Source of the DNA: Takakia lepidozioides
Taxonomy: Eukaryota; Plantae; Bryophyta
NCBI GenBank assembly: GCA_030704615.1
Contig: CM060734.1
Span: forward strand, 51,522,001 to 51,586,000
Reading direction: 5' to 3'
DNA: 64,000 bases
In this document: piece by piece, positions 51,828-64,000 of the stretch
Numbering within the stretch: position 1 is the first letter of the stretch
Layout: each line of letters opens with the position of its first letter
Translations under genes and position numbers: made by a program
Notes under the pieces: model-generated
What the model saw: the letters and a program-made list of their open reading frames with translations, nothing else
The model's database searches: none
Told to the model about the DNA's origin: nothing

Positions 51828-52499
51828 TTCTCATCTTGCTCGGTGATAGATATACAGCTAATCAAACTGGAACCTGGAGGAGTCGTCAAATTCTTACTAT
51901 TAAATTTTATGAGTCGGTCCTTTAGGTAGGACGATGGTTTTGCTAGATCTATGTCTAGTCTGTCATCCATTCATGCAAATTTTAGAAACTACAGGAGGAA
52001 GGGCCAACATTCAAACATTGTTTACTGACAGAAAGTTAAGTATAGCTTATGATGATAAGTTGAACAAAATAAGCTGGCAATGTGCACGACCCACATTCAG
52101 AGCTGCCATGTGATCGATCATATGTTGACATGGAAAAGTAATTTCCTACTGCGTGTACCTACAATTGACTGCCAGCAATCTATGCCATAAAATGTGTAGA
52201 CAGTGTTCATATCCTTGCCTTGCATGTTGTGAGTTGGGTTGTGATGAGGAGACTGATTTTTGAGCCTGCGACATTCCGTTCTGCTATTGCAACAAAAAGA
52301 AGTGAAAAACAAAGCAAAGAAAACTTGTAAGTGGGGGTTCTTGAGATGTTCTTTGCTTATTGACCTCATATTTGATATCTTGCATGTATATTGACTGTGT
52401 ATTACACCTGAGTCTCAAGTATGTGTAAAAGTAAAAATCAGAGTCTAGTAAGAAAAGGTCTCTCAATCCAGTTGATATCAAGTGTTAGAGTTTCTCTTG

Positions 52500-53200
52500 T
52501 ACATCCTGTACACCCTGTGAAGGGTACCTACAGCGAGGCAGCACGATGCCGTGGAAGCGGAGTCTCCCAAGGAGAAACTGATAAGGTGAGTGGAGTACCA
52601 CAATCCGGAATCTATTACCACAAGGTGTCTCTTTGATACCATATTTTCAAGTAGAAGCAGAAGACCTGCCGTATTGTTTGCACTCTATCTCATCCCTAAT
52701 TAGCACCGTGAATTCGAAGCTTGTCGAAGTTTGTCGAGATGTACCGAAAGAGAAACGATGAGTCGGAACACTGTGTTACTGGATGGAGAGCTTATGCCTT
52801 TGGTCATGTTCCCTCCTAGGTACTCTAATGAGCTATGATGAGAGGTTTGCTCAAGGATCTCCTCCTTGATATGCTACTACATGAGAGGAAATGAAGGTGG
52901 AGTCTATGATAATCGCTTCGAGATAATTGCTTCCCCGCCCTCTACCAAGCCTTTTAGTCCAGAATACCGAGTCCAGTACCAAAGGATTCGTCTATTGTGC
53001 TCTCTAAGCTCTCTTCTTGAGTGGAAGAACACTCTTCCTTAGAAGCGCTATGATAGTTTATGGTGTCAAAGGATGTGCCTCATCATTGAAGACTTCGTCT
53101 AGAAGGGACTGGACAGTGACCAATTCTAAGCAACAGGTGGTAGAGTATCACCAGATGAGGCAGAGCAGATTAGTCTCTCACAAATTCTTCATCACATTAA
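52500..53200 (-). mobile_element. Possible LTR-retrotransposon remnant (degenerate tRNA-Met primer-binding site)
   Basis: CTTTGATACCA at 52631-52641 is one mismatch from the reverse complement of the tRNA-iMet PBS (CTCTGATACCA). No second LTR or coding region seen. Confidence 0.3.
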
Positions 53201-53378
53201 CTTGTTAAAATATAAGACATTTACTTATAAAACTATTGAGGGAGTAGCATGAGGTCTTCATCTATGTCTGACTTTCTTGCTAGCTTTGCGATTACAGATG
53301 CAGGCTTGCATTAGACTGTAAGAGCAGTGCTCACTAAATAGGCTTCGCATTAGAGGGCCCATAAGATCTCTTGCCCCG

Positions 53379-54059
53379 CTAGTGGTCGTTTTCTTGGAAA
53401 CCCTCAAGGCCTCCTTGAAAATATCCTTCAAAACAACTCCTATCTGGAAGTCCAAGGTTTGCCAATCCCTTCTCAAGTTTCTGTAACGACTCCCTTCCAA
53501 CATCTTTTTTCTCATCCTCTCGGTCTATGGGACAAAAATTCACGTAAAGAAAACTCTCGCATTCTGTAAATGTCTGTCGCAATGTGGCTTCATTCTCTGC
53601 TCACATCTTTGTCTGGCAATCTGTAACAACCACAGTAACTGCATCTGAAAGGATTTGATTGAAGAACTTCCCTAGTCTTTGATCATATGTAGTCATTCTG
53701 TTGTTTCTCACCACATAAATGTAGTGAGAGTATGTCCCACATGTGTCCGTCACAAATTTCTGCTTGAGTGTTGCTTGGTTCGTGGACCTTACAGTACTTC
53801 CCTCGTGCTGTAACATCCCATCCTCTACCTTCTCCCCTTTCAATATCACTCCTCTAGCACTTGAACTTGCTACAAAAGCATGGTCGGTATCAAGATCGCC
53901 ACGAGTCAGCATTTGTGCGATAGTGGATTTGCCCGATTCTGTCCTTCCAAACAGAATTACACGTTCACTGCTTATCACTTTCAGATTCCCTCCAGGGATT
54001 GTCATTCTGTAGATAATCGTATCGACCTCGCCACGACCTTGTTTCGGTACAATCTTCAT
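53379..54059 (-). pseudogene. Degenerate P-loop GTPase (AIG1/G-domain-like)
   Basis: RVILFGRTESGKSTIAQML (G1 GxxxxGKS), FVASSSARGV, YIYVVRNNRMT and VTVVVTDC (G4-like). The G3 DTxG motif is not found and the frame shifts near 53600. Confidence 0.6.
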
Positions 54060-54320
54060 AATCTATGTGCGTATGATGTGGTGTGAAGTCAGAATCTGAA
54101 AAGGTTCTTTCCATGCAGTTTCCACGATGATGAGGGGTGTGACACACCGGAAGTGGCAAAACACATACGATGTTTGTCCAGGGACATCGACAATCTCCCA
54201 TCCCAAAAAAAACAGACAATAACCCCACAATGCAAGGATACAAGCAGCTTCAAGTCCCCCAAGAGCTTGGGTTACTGACCAAAAAAACAAGACGGTCGTC
54301 AATACCAAGAGTTGCCATTT

Positions 54321-55924
54321 TCAGTTGGAGGTGCTGGAGGGATTCGTGGAAGACTGTACGCACTTGACCTGCCGCCTAATGGGTCTCATGCTCTCCAACA
54401 GATATGACAACCCTTGCAACACATGCAGCCGGCTGTAAGGCACACCAGTCTTAGCAAGTGCATTTCCGCGCGAGTCCAGTAGCACAAAACATGGAACGTA
54501 CTTGATCTCATACTGCAATACCTGCCATCACCCTGGTCTTATCAGCCCGTGGACATGCATGTTCAACCTACAAAGTTGCCCTAGAACGGTTTTAAACGAT
54601 GCCCAAAGGTTGCATCATCCAAACAGATTTGACTCTCGCTGCTAGGCTTGTGCATGAGCATGTCAATACCTTCATTTTATCCCCTTTAAACACTTTGATC
54701 TTCACGTCCAACATTCAGAATACTTGCCACATACCCATGCCCTCATCATGGAATCTGGATTGGAGGCAGATGCATGTGTGGGGAGTGCACTTGAAGACAT
54801 GTATGCCCATGTTCGCCTACCCTCACACTAAGGTCCTAAGCAATTACCACCGAGTCATTATATAACGCCAGAAGCACCAGCATACAGATCTATATATATG
54901 TGAGAGTGGAGGAGAACTCCAGGCTTACTATTCAAAGCTAAATGCTTGAAGGAAAAGGATTGACCGTATCCATGCTTTGTGTGCTCTCTCACTGAATCTG
55001 GAAAGCCAGGAGTGAGCCCCTCACAAGGCAGTATCTGTTCTCTTTTCTTCTGCCAACTGGGCGCACATCTGTGGCGGCAAGGCTATAGCAAATAACTTCT
55101 AAATTGTTCAACTAAATCCAAGCACTTACAGTGACTGCTCTATGAAAGAGGAAACAAAGACTAAAGAACAAAGCAAGAGGAGTAAACAACAAAAAAAACA
55201 ATGGACACTACAGGGATCGTCGGTATGGATGTCTTTGCAGGAAAAGCATATCCCTCAAACACAAAACCCACACAAAAGGATTGCCACGCTGATGATAAAT
55301 GCAAGAGTAAATTGACAGCACACACACCTCTGGCAACCATTTCTTGTTCTCGACATCCGCCATGACAATGTGCAACCAATCCTTGTTCTTCGCCTCCACC
55401 TCCATCACCACCTTCAACAGAGAGCGGCACAGCGTACACTTCGGGGAATAAAACTCTAACAGTGTGGCCTTAGGTCGACTAGCCAAAGCCTGCGCTAGGG
55501 CGCGTTCTTCAGCCTCGCCCTGCTCCTCCGCTGAGAGAGGGCGCGCACCGCGCTCGCTCTTGTGGCGCCACCGCCCAAGACTCTCGCCAAGACCCTGGAC
55601 GTGAGGAACAAATTGTTGCAACAAAGACAAACCCCCATGATTTTCCCCAGTGGCATCCGCCATGGCCGCCACACGCCCAAATGCAACGCTACCCTGCCCC
55701 CGAGCGCTAGATGCCGGAGAAGGGTGAGGCCATCCCGCAATTAACCTCTGCCCAATGTTGTGCACAGACTTCCAAGGCCATGGGAGCTCAAGCTCAAGCT
55801 TGCATCCTCCTGGGCACCAGTTCCTCACCACCCAATTTCGCCCCCTGCCCCTCCCGTCCTGCATACTGTCCCTTGCACCTTCCCTCCCTCCATGCGTGTG
55901 ACAACCCAACAACAAACAGGGCAT
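54321..55924 (-). CDS. Thioredoxin-fold protein with CTLC motif (HCF164-like superfamily), 2 exons, ~265 aa
   Basis: Exons 55924-55328 and 54521-54321 are in frame: [16 protein letters not shown]...[17 protein letters not shown]...[11 protein letters not shown]|[28 protein letters not shown]. The start codon is ambiguous (56071, 55924 or 55864). Confidence 0.85.
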
Positions 55925-55987
55925 CCCATGTGTGTTTGAGTACCTATTTGGAAGAATCCAAAAGGTAGGGAAGACTATTAAATTTTG

Positions 55988-56987
55988 ATGGGTGGGACTG
56001 GGTGGGATTGGATGGGACTGGACTTGCTTCTGCAGTCTTCTGATAATTTGTTTATCTAGGTTTTTCCCCATCTCGTGTTTTATGGCCAGCTCTCAATCTT
56101 GCTTAGTAAGCCAGGCTTTGCATGTTAGCATGTCCTTGTTTACTAGACTAGGTGTGCGGAAGCTGACTACCTACTTTTGATGGTGAACAGCAAAAGTGGG
56201 GCCATTGTGTCACTCGAGGGTTGAGGAAATATCATGAGAAACTTTTCGAAGATCATCGTGTGGCGGCCTTTATACAAAGTTTTGTTGACCACACACTTCA
56301 AGAGGTGAAGTGCTCACAATGCAGGCCGTGTTGGAATGATGAGTGGTGGTATGATATTGTGAATGTACATTGTTAGAGATGCACATTAGTTCTTAATCAA
56401 TTGTGAGAAAGGATCCATGGTTTGTTGAGATGTGTACTGCAAGAGTCTAGTTGATTTAGCCATGTCTAGTTTTACTCACAGGCGATATTCTTGTGAAGGG
56501 GTGGCATTAAGAATGGAACATTTGGACTCCATTGTTGCTCTTGTCCGCTGCTGTCGGCGCTTCTTTCCACCCAGTTCAGATGCGGAGATTTGGTGTGAGT
56601 TTCGGTATGTTGCATTTTAGACTTCGTCATCAGACCTGATTTGTTAGTGTAGTCTGCTAGAAAGATGAACTTCTTTCTCCTTCTAGTGTTTCATAGGTTG
56701 GTGGATATATTTTCTCATGTAACTGACGTTGGTGTCAATAAAAGAGGAGTTTGGGGCAGGTCTGAATGGACTTATAAAGATCTATATGTCTGGCTTGGCA
56801 GGCCTGCACTTGAAGATCTTTCTCACAATTCAGCTTTGGAGGCAATGGGCTTTATTTCCCTGTTTCTACCAACAACATCCCTAAGCAAGTAAGAAAGTTG
56901 GTAGGATGCAGGACAGCTGGTATAATCTGTAACTGAGGCGGGCACATTGTTGGCCTGCGGGTGTGTATTCAGTGCCTGGATAACCGA
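55988..56987 (+). pseudogene. Intron-containing partial duplicate of PA200 (exons 2-6 region)
   Basis: Highly similar to 40530-41558, introns included. It has frameshifts in exon 3 and a ~55-bp deletion removing the exon 5 donor. Confidence 0.92.
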
Positions 56988-57830
56988 AACAATTTGTCCA
57001 GATTTCCTCTAAAAAACCCTTCACACAACTGTGTGTGATCTGCCCAGCAGTTAGACCCCAGGACCAGGGCTTTAGGCTCAGCCTCGAGATTTTGAAAGTC
57101 GGTGAAGGGACTATGTTCATAATGTTCCTGAACTCTGGTGAGAATACCCGAGACATTCTATCAAACAATGGATATTGTGGCTGCCCACACATTGGGCATT
57201 GACAGTCTCCATTTGCTCTCCGCATCTGTAAGGGTATGCAATAGGTGTTCAAGATAATTGCTTGGACCCCACCCTCTACCAAGCCTTCCAAATGCGCAAA
57301 ATCAACAGTTCAAAGGTAGACTCCCCACCCTCAGTTTAAATTTCAGTCTCGTGCCAAGGATAGGTAGGCCCTTCAGATAATCCTTAAGGGCCTCATTCAT
57401 ATCACAGACTGGAAATAAACTCTCTTCAGTTTTATGCCTAACAGCTTGATCTCATTGGTCCACCATTTCACTTCACTTTCTGCATAAAGTGAGTTTCCTT
57501 CCAATAATCTTTTCAGCCACAGAAGTAATAAAACTCTCCCAAGTGTCCACAATTCTTTCGACATCACTCCTTGCATCACCCAAGCGAGAGGGGGGATCTT
57601 CAAGCAATTTTATGAAGAGAGAGCCTCCTTCCAGGCCTGGACATATTCCTGTCACTGAGAGATATCTGATATGTCAGACATAATCTTCATTGAGTGAGAG
57701 AATGTACTCATATGTAAGATGTTTGCTGTGCAAAGTTGCTGGCCCTGACATGATACTTGAATGCAACCCTACAGTGAGCCTTGTTATTCGATATATAAGA
57801 AATTCTTTGCAGTTCATTTGAGAATCTAGT
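56988..57830 (-). mobile_element. Mosaic of RTE/RTEX-like LINE fragments
   Basis: DVERIVDTWESFITSVAEKIIGRKL...WWTNEIKL matches the LINE ORF at ~27950-28070. CQCPMCG zinc knuckle and CVKGFLEEIW match 4075-4260. 57731-57830 also occurs in a PA200 intron at 46974-47071. The tail motif TATGAGTACATTCTCTC lies at ~57696-57712. Confidence 0.75.
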
Positions 57831-59079
57831 GTAAGAAAAATGGCCTTGGTTTAAAGCGGTACAGATGCAAATTCTGCACATAGTTCGTGATGGTATTGTA
57901 CCTCTAGCTTCAAGCACTCCATGGAGGAAAGATGATTGCAGTGGTTCCAAATTTTTTTCCAACCAGGAAACGAGAGCAACCCTGTTTAGGACCATCAAGA
58001 ACACGTCTGTTCATCAACTTTCCAAATCTCAAGGCCTAAAGCCTAAAGCTCCCGCCCTGTTGGGCAAGGTGGTGTCGACTTATCTGGTTGTGGGAACTGA
58101 GATGGACTTGGTCTCTAATTTCCCCCCTGGACTAACATATAAACAGAGACGGTTTGGATTTGCGAATGTAGAGACCCCCAGGGAAAAAGGTGAAAAAAAC
58201 TGGAAGGTAAAGTGGGCCAATGTGACCTAATAGTTACATAAAATATGCCTGAGTGCAAGTAGGTCACCCCCCTTAAGTGCAAGTGGGCCTAATATTTCAT
58301 GTAGGCTATTGGGCTGCAAATAATGGTGCACAGCATGCAAGTGGCCCCTCCTTCCTACCGACAATTGTTCATAGTTATGGGAGGGGGTGGGTTCATTGAA
58401 TATAACTAGGGTAGCATGTGCCGTTGGCCCAAGTGTCCAATATCATGTAAGTAAGTTTTTTTCCACAGAGCCTATGACCAGATTTGAACCAGAGACCTTT
58501 CCCTTGATATCTTTGTCCCACGAATGCCCACTTTGCCATTTTTGCTATTTTTGTGAATTTTCAGCGACCAAAAGTACTTCGAATTCCACATCTCCCGTCC
58601 CTCATCCCAACACTCTCTTTTTCCTCTCTTCTCTCACTTGCATGAGCATGAGAGCATCCTGTAGACACTCCTCAAACCGCCCTCCACGAGCTCGTGAAAC
58701 TTGGCCTCCAAGGCCCCATGCACCTTATGTCCACCAACCATTCCTCGGAATGGAACCACCTCAAGAAACCACACTATCCACTGAAGGTTCAAAAATGGAG
58801 CAAATAGAGGTACATATAGGCCCCACCAACAATTCTGTCCAAAGGAATTACCTGCAGGCTAGTCTTCCCCATAATTAAGAACTGGACTGAAAACCCCAAA
58901 AGATTACATGCAGGGAAGTAATCCCCTTTGTTAAAACGCAATAGGGAGGCAATTCCGACCGGATCAGCTAGCTCAAAACCGTTGTTCTTCAGAGCCGAGC
59001 CTCCCCATCAAGGTCACACGAAACGAGTGATTTTTATTTTATTTTTTATTTTATTTTAAATTTACTCTGCCTGTTCGCG

Positions 59080-59460
59080 GCCTTCCGTGGATTTAACCGC
59101 CACGACTCCTCACGGCCCGCCATAGGCGCTCACTGGCCACGGGCTGCCCCGTGATACCCCGTGGTACCACGCCCATGAGCCTTCACGGCCCGCCATTCCC
59201 ACGATCTGGTCACCGTGCCCACCCGTGGTGTCCGCGCCACGGGCTTCCGCGCCACGGCTTCCCACCGTCACGGTCAACGGTCACGGCCTGGGCTCGTGGT
59301 ATCTCATGATACCGCCCCCACAGGCCATCACGGCCACGACCACGGCCATGCCCACTGTTCCCTGCATTCCCTGGAACTCCCCATGAGTTCCCATGCGTTC
59401 TCGAGGCGTTCCCACGCGTTCCCACGCGTTCCTGAGCTGGGGTTTGCTCCTGCACCTGCT
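59080..59460. repeat. GC-rich low-complexity array of CCACGG/CACGGCC-like motifs
   Basis: Many short CACG(G)/CCATG-containing units are directly visible. Confidence 0.65.
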
Positions 59461-60322
59461 ATCGACGAGCTATGGCTTCGGTGAAGCCACCAGACCTGCT
59501 GCCATGCTCTCTTGGGCTCTCACGGCCCACTAGAAGCGCCCCCAACTCAACAAACAAGCTATATGCTACCCAACAAGCTCCTTTTTCTTCATAAAGCTCA
59601 CAAAAACAAATCTGAAAATACACACCTTCACAACCTTGGTGTACCTGCAGTTCTACTACACATTCCCTGGCTCTAGGATGCCTAGTTGCTGCCCTTCCAG
59701 CCCCACTCTTGCCACTCCAAGAGCCCTTATAGTGCTAGAGTTTCAGATTGAAACTTCCAACTCAAGCACATCTTCACAAGTGCACTGATTTGCACACAAG
59801 AGGGACCAGCCCCCTCTCTTCACTCATACCTCTTCATCAGCTTGGAGCTAAAGCTCCCAACAGGCTGCGATGCATCCCCTCGCAGCTCCACTATTCGGCT
59901 GCTCTTCATCTACCCGCAACAACTAGTTTCGGGCAGAAATATCTGGAGCTGATCATATCATCTCCAACCTGCAACACGCTAGTTTCCCATGCGCAGCCCA
60001 CATTCTTGCAGCTCCTTAACTCGGCCTGCAGCTGAAGAAGACAACCACCAGTTCGCACACTCGTGGCCAGCATCTCCTCCGCTTCACACTAGAAGCCCAA
60101 ACTTGGTTGCCATAGTGTTGAGCTATGCAACGCCACCATTCAATACAGGCTGACCGCCTCTCTATCCATTGCAAACCTGCAACCTGTTCGTCTTCGCACT
60201 CTATCCGCTTTGGATAGGCTCATGCACGGATCCCTGCATTCTAAGCTGAACCGCTTCTCATGAAAACACAAGTGCTACAACTCGAACCTGGCACTCACAG
60301 ACTCGAGCTCATCTTTCTCGAG

Positions 60323-61060
60323 TGATAAGGAAAGAATGATACAAGCTCTCTCAAACTCACACACTTGCACATGAAAATATCACTCATATATTAAGTCGAG
60401 CCAAGTGCACCCCACGCATGGGGGATCTACACTGTGGCGCCGTAGTTAGACGCGGTGAGGCTCAACTCGAGAAAGATGAGTCCACCGCGATCTGTCGTGA
60501 GGATAACAACGTCAAATGCCCAAACATATATTGGCCCCTGGATTAACACTTGGGTCAACCCCAAATGTTAATATATCAAAACTAATTATTTCCTAGCTAG
60601 TTTCATACTAGTGGTAAAATAACTTGACAGTTGTCGTGCGCATACATGTCGCTACACAACTACATCGTTGTTCACAACCACACAACACATGTGCACACCA
60701 AACACTAAGTCTATCACTAGTCCACCACTAGTGCAGCCACTAGTCCATCACAATGATAAGGAAAGAATGATACAAGCATACAAGCTCTCTCAAACTCACA
60801 CACTTGCACATGAAAACATCACTCATATATTAAGTCAAGCCAAGTTTACCCCACACCATGAGGAATCCACACTACGGCGTCATAGCTGGACGCGGTGAGG
60901 CTCAACTCGAGAAAGATGAGCCCATCGCGATCTGCCGTGAAGATAGGTGCCCAAACATATATTGGCCCCTGGATTGACACTTGGGTCAACCCCAAATATC
61001 AATATATCAATACTAACTATTTCCTAGCTAGTTTCACACTAGTGGTAAAATAACTTGACA
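60323..61060. mobile_element. Pair of ~307-bp TG...CA direct repeats (LTR-like) separated by 124 bp
   Basis: 60323-60629 and 60754-61060 both run TGATAAGGAAAGAATG...GGTAAAATAACTTGACA. No PBS, PPT or TSD recognised. Confidence 0.65.
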
Positions 61061-62400
61061 TGGGGGTTGGTGTGCCTTAGCCATGTACAGAAATTACATC
61101 TCATGAATGCATTCTTTTATATTTGTCGTAATTTTCCTTGGCCATGGCATCTGTTTGCATTGCAAGATGATACTCAGTTATAGGTTTATGGATCAATTTA
61201 TCACCCAAAATGACTGTCGTAGCATTTGCCGTTTCATCGTTCAAGTTGCAGAATGTATCATCTTTTGTGGGGAAAACGAACATTAATGTAGGGAGATTGG
61301 TTGTTTGGAATAATTTCTTGTTGTACACATGTGTGCACTGTGGGTATGAACTCAATTGGTTGTCGGATCCCATGTTTATCGAGGTTTCTTGTCATCCTAA
61401 CTCGCATTGGCATAGCTTTTCCCAGAGCAAAAGTATTCCATTCAATCGGTTTTCTTCGAATGAATTGGGTATCATCTGCTGTAAATCTAGACGGATCCAT
61501 ATCAAAATAATAGCTTGGGAATTGAGTTTTTTTGTGGAATTGAGCTTGTTCTGCTCGAGATTAGGTCTAGTCAACATATATGTATATTGCATTTCCTAAT
61601 GTGATTACAGTCAAGACAACAAATATATATTATAGAGAAGATCTAGAAGATTTAATATAGAAACTTAACCTACTGTAGAGGATTTGCGTCTTATATGTTT
61701 ATAATATAAAAATATGTATAATAAATCTGTCATATTAAAGTTTCCTGAAAAATGTCACTTATATGACATGTTTGGATGTGATATATATATATATATATAT
61801 GACGCCAACCGAAGCCAGAGTAAATAAGAGCCTCTTCCCCTTGCGGGTACTGCCCTTACAGGGGTGGGCTCTATCCGCACTGTATTTTGGATGTGACTCT
61901 AATGTGAACCCCTCTTTTATCTGCTCGTAGTTCTTGTTGGCTATAACATTTGTTGTGATTTGTGCTCATGTGAGAACAGTTTTATACAATTAAATATTTC
62001 ACCGTTTGCTATGGAATATTCTCTGGATATTTTGAATTTACTCGGTATATTCTGCCTGTTCGTGAGCATGCTCACACACTACACAACCTCTAAAAGTAGT
62101 CTGCAGGGGTCATGGTTTCGCTCTGCAAATTTATACGTGGGTGGGGAGTTTAAAAAATGAATCAGGATAGTTGGTGCATTGAATTTATCCAGATATTGTC
62201 ATCACAGATAATAGGGTTTACCGCATATGTTCCTACATATGATATGCCGTGTTGCAGCTTAAACCCTATACATTTTCAGTTTCGCGTTGAGAAATTATAT
62301 CATAAAAAAGTAGTAGTTTCAGGGGATCCATTGGACATGAGAACCTTAAAGGTCACTTGAAGTTTCACCGCCCATTCTCAAGCCTATTATGGAAAGGGCC

Positions 62401-63186
62401 TAGTATCGGCCGGGTATGGCATCTGGATATGCATATCCGGCGGTTATTTGCCGGTTATGCACATATGCACAACCGAAAAGTGTAGCCCCCGTAGGAACCG
62501 GCTATGGAAGGGAACCGGCAAAAGCCATCGAGCTTCCTAACCGGCTAGAGAACCGGCATCGCGATTGTAAGGATGTTATACCCGGAGCAAGATCCGGAAC
62601 AAATGTGGATGTCGTAGAGGCGGTTCTAGATAATACATGTAGGGGGTTGGTGATGGTAATTAAGAACATTACATATGGACAGATCCTGAGGGGAATGTTA
62701 TGTCTTACTAGTTACAATACATTTACAATGGTTAAGGAGAATGTCCAAGTAGATAGGAAATTAATTAGTTGGGCATTTGGCTAAAATAATAGTTGTAAGC
62801 TGTAAGCTTAGTGTATTACAAGGGCAAAGCCCCCAAAGATAGATGACAAGGGTTGAACATTTGAAATCAGATCCATAGGCCAACAGACGAGGCCACATCC
62901 CTCTTTGTGTAGTTTTACACACATACACAAAAAGTCTAGAAAAAGTTCAAAAAATAAAAATGGATGAATCCCATAACCGGTACCATGGAACCGGCATTTT
63001 TTAAGATGACATAACCGGTAGATTGAGAACTGGACAAAAAAAAATTCATTTGTTTAATGAGAACTTGTAACCGAGATGTTTTTTAAACCTATTGGTATAC
63101 CCTACCCCGGCCCTCCATTTTTTTCAAAGAGTAGGCTATAACCCGGACCGGAAGAGGGCTCAAAACATGGTACCCGGCCAACACTG
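62401..63186. mobile_element. hAT-like MITE with degenerate TIRs and AACCGG subterminal motifs
   Basis: Left end TAGTATCGGCCGGGTA versus reverse-complemented right end CAGTGTTGGCCGGGTA (13/16 match). Repeated AACCGG/ACCCGG near both ends. No TSD retained. Confidence 0.6.
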
Positions 63187-64000
63187 GTGTGAACGTGGTG
63201 TGAGAAAATCCACGCCTATAGGGTAACATGTTTATTATGTATAAGGGTTACTTGTTGTTTTGAAAGTGTTGCGGTTAGTGCCGATGTGAGCAATTTAAAA
63301 TAGTTCTGCAGTTTTTTTAGTTTCTCAAATTTTCGTATCAATGAGGAATATTCCCGAGGTATCTTGGGAATATTCGGAATATGCCCTTGTGCTCCCTGGG
63401 CCGTGAGCATGCACAACCTCATGTAACAAGGGGAGTCTGCGGCTTGACCCTCTAGGCTGTCGGCTACTAGGCTGCTTGGGCAGACCACTAAGTGCCGACT
63501 GGGCAACGAACGTAAAACATCCCCTCTTGCGGGGGATCTAGGATAACACAACCTGAATTTAGCAATGAACATCAATCATAAGCTTAATTGGCACTCCCAT
63601 TATGTAAATGAAAGGATCTGGTCTCGCATGATTACAGATGACTTGGAAAATACAAAGACACAACATGAAACCTTTATTTGGAATGATTGCATATTCTTCA
63701 CCAAACGAGGCTAGCCTGAAAGGTTAAGAATATACAATCATTCACAATATGCTCATATCATTCGACTATCTCCTTCTATCCTCTACTGAATCAAAATACT
63801 AGCATTGACATTTCTTGGGAGTCAATTTCTCCAACATTGTTACATGTCTACCACATCCTGTCAAAACAGCAAGAACTATGGAGGACTTCTCGGACCACCT
63901 TCTGGTCAAGCTTATTGAACCAATGCCTGGGTTGTGCTAGCTGGGTGATAATACCTTATTTGGGAGGACCTGTCCCAAGAAGATACATGTGGTTCACATC

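Overview
This is eukaryotic nuclear DNA from a land plant. The PLS-class DYW PPR gene and short spliceosomal introns suggest a non-seed lineage, but that assignment is inference. Five intact-looking host genes are present: a PLS-E-DYW RNA-editing PPR gene (-), a 3-exon MFS transporter with a GC-AG intron (+), 3-ketodihydrosphingosine reductase TSC10/KDSR (-), a ~35-exon proteasome activator PA200 (+) and a CxxC thioredoxin-fold protein (-). The region 17-37 kb is heavily rearranged. It holds tandem and inverted copies of a stand-alone Sin3-type PAH domain and a tandem duplication of the TSC10 3' end. It also holds a nested insertion whose core is a 6.95-kb DNA transposon (25549-32498) with ~340-370-bp terminal inverted repeats and a perfect 7-bp TSD (CCCACGC). 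That element encodes a spliced, decayed IS3/IS481-like (IS3EU-type) DDE integrase and carries a captured aldo-keto reductase exon. Other remnants include a MULE/SWIM-type transposase next to a spliced N6/N4 DNA-methyltransferase-like fragment, several non-LTR retroelement pieces with (CT)n or (ATTTC)n tails, a P-loop GTPase pseudogene, a partial PA200 duplicate abutting the thioredoxin gene, LTR-like direct repeats and a hAT-like MITE. All family assignments come from motif recognition by eye; no searches were run.
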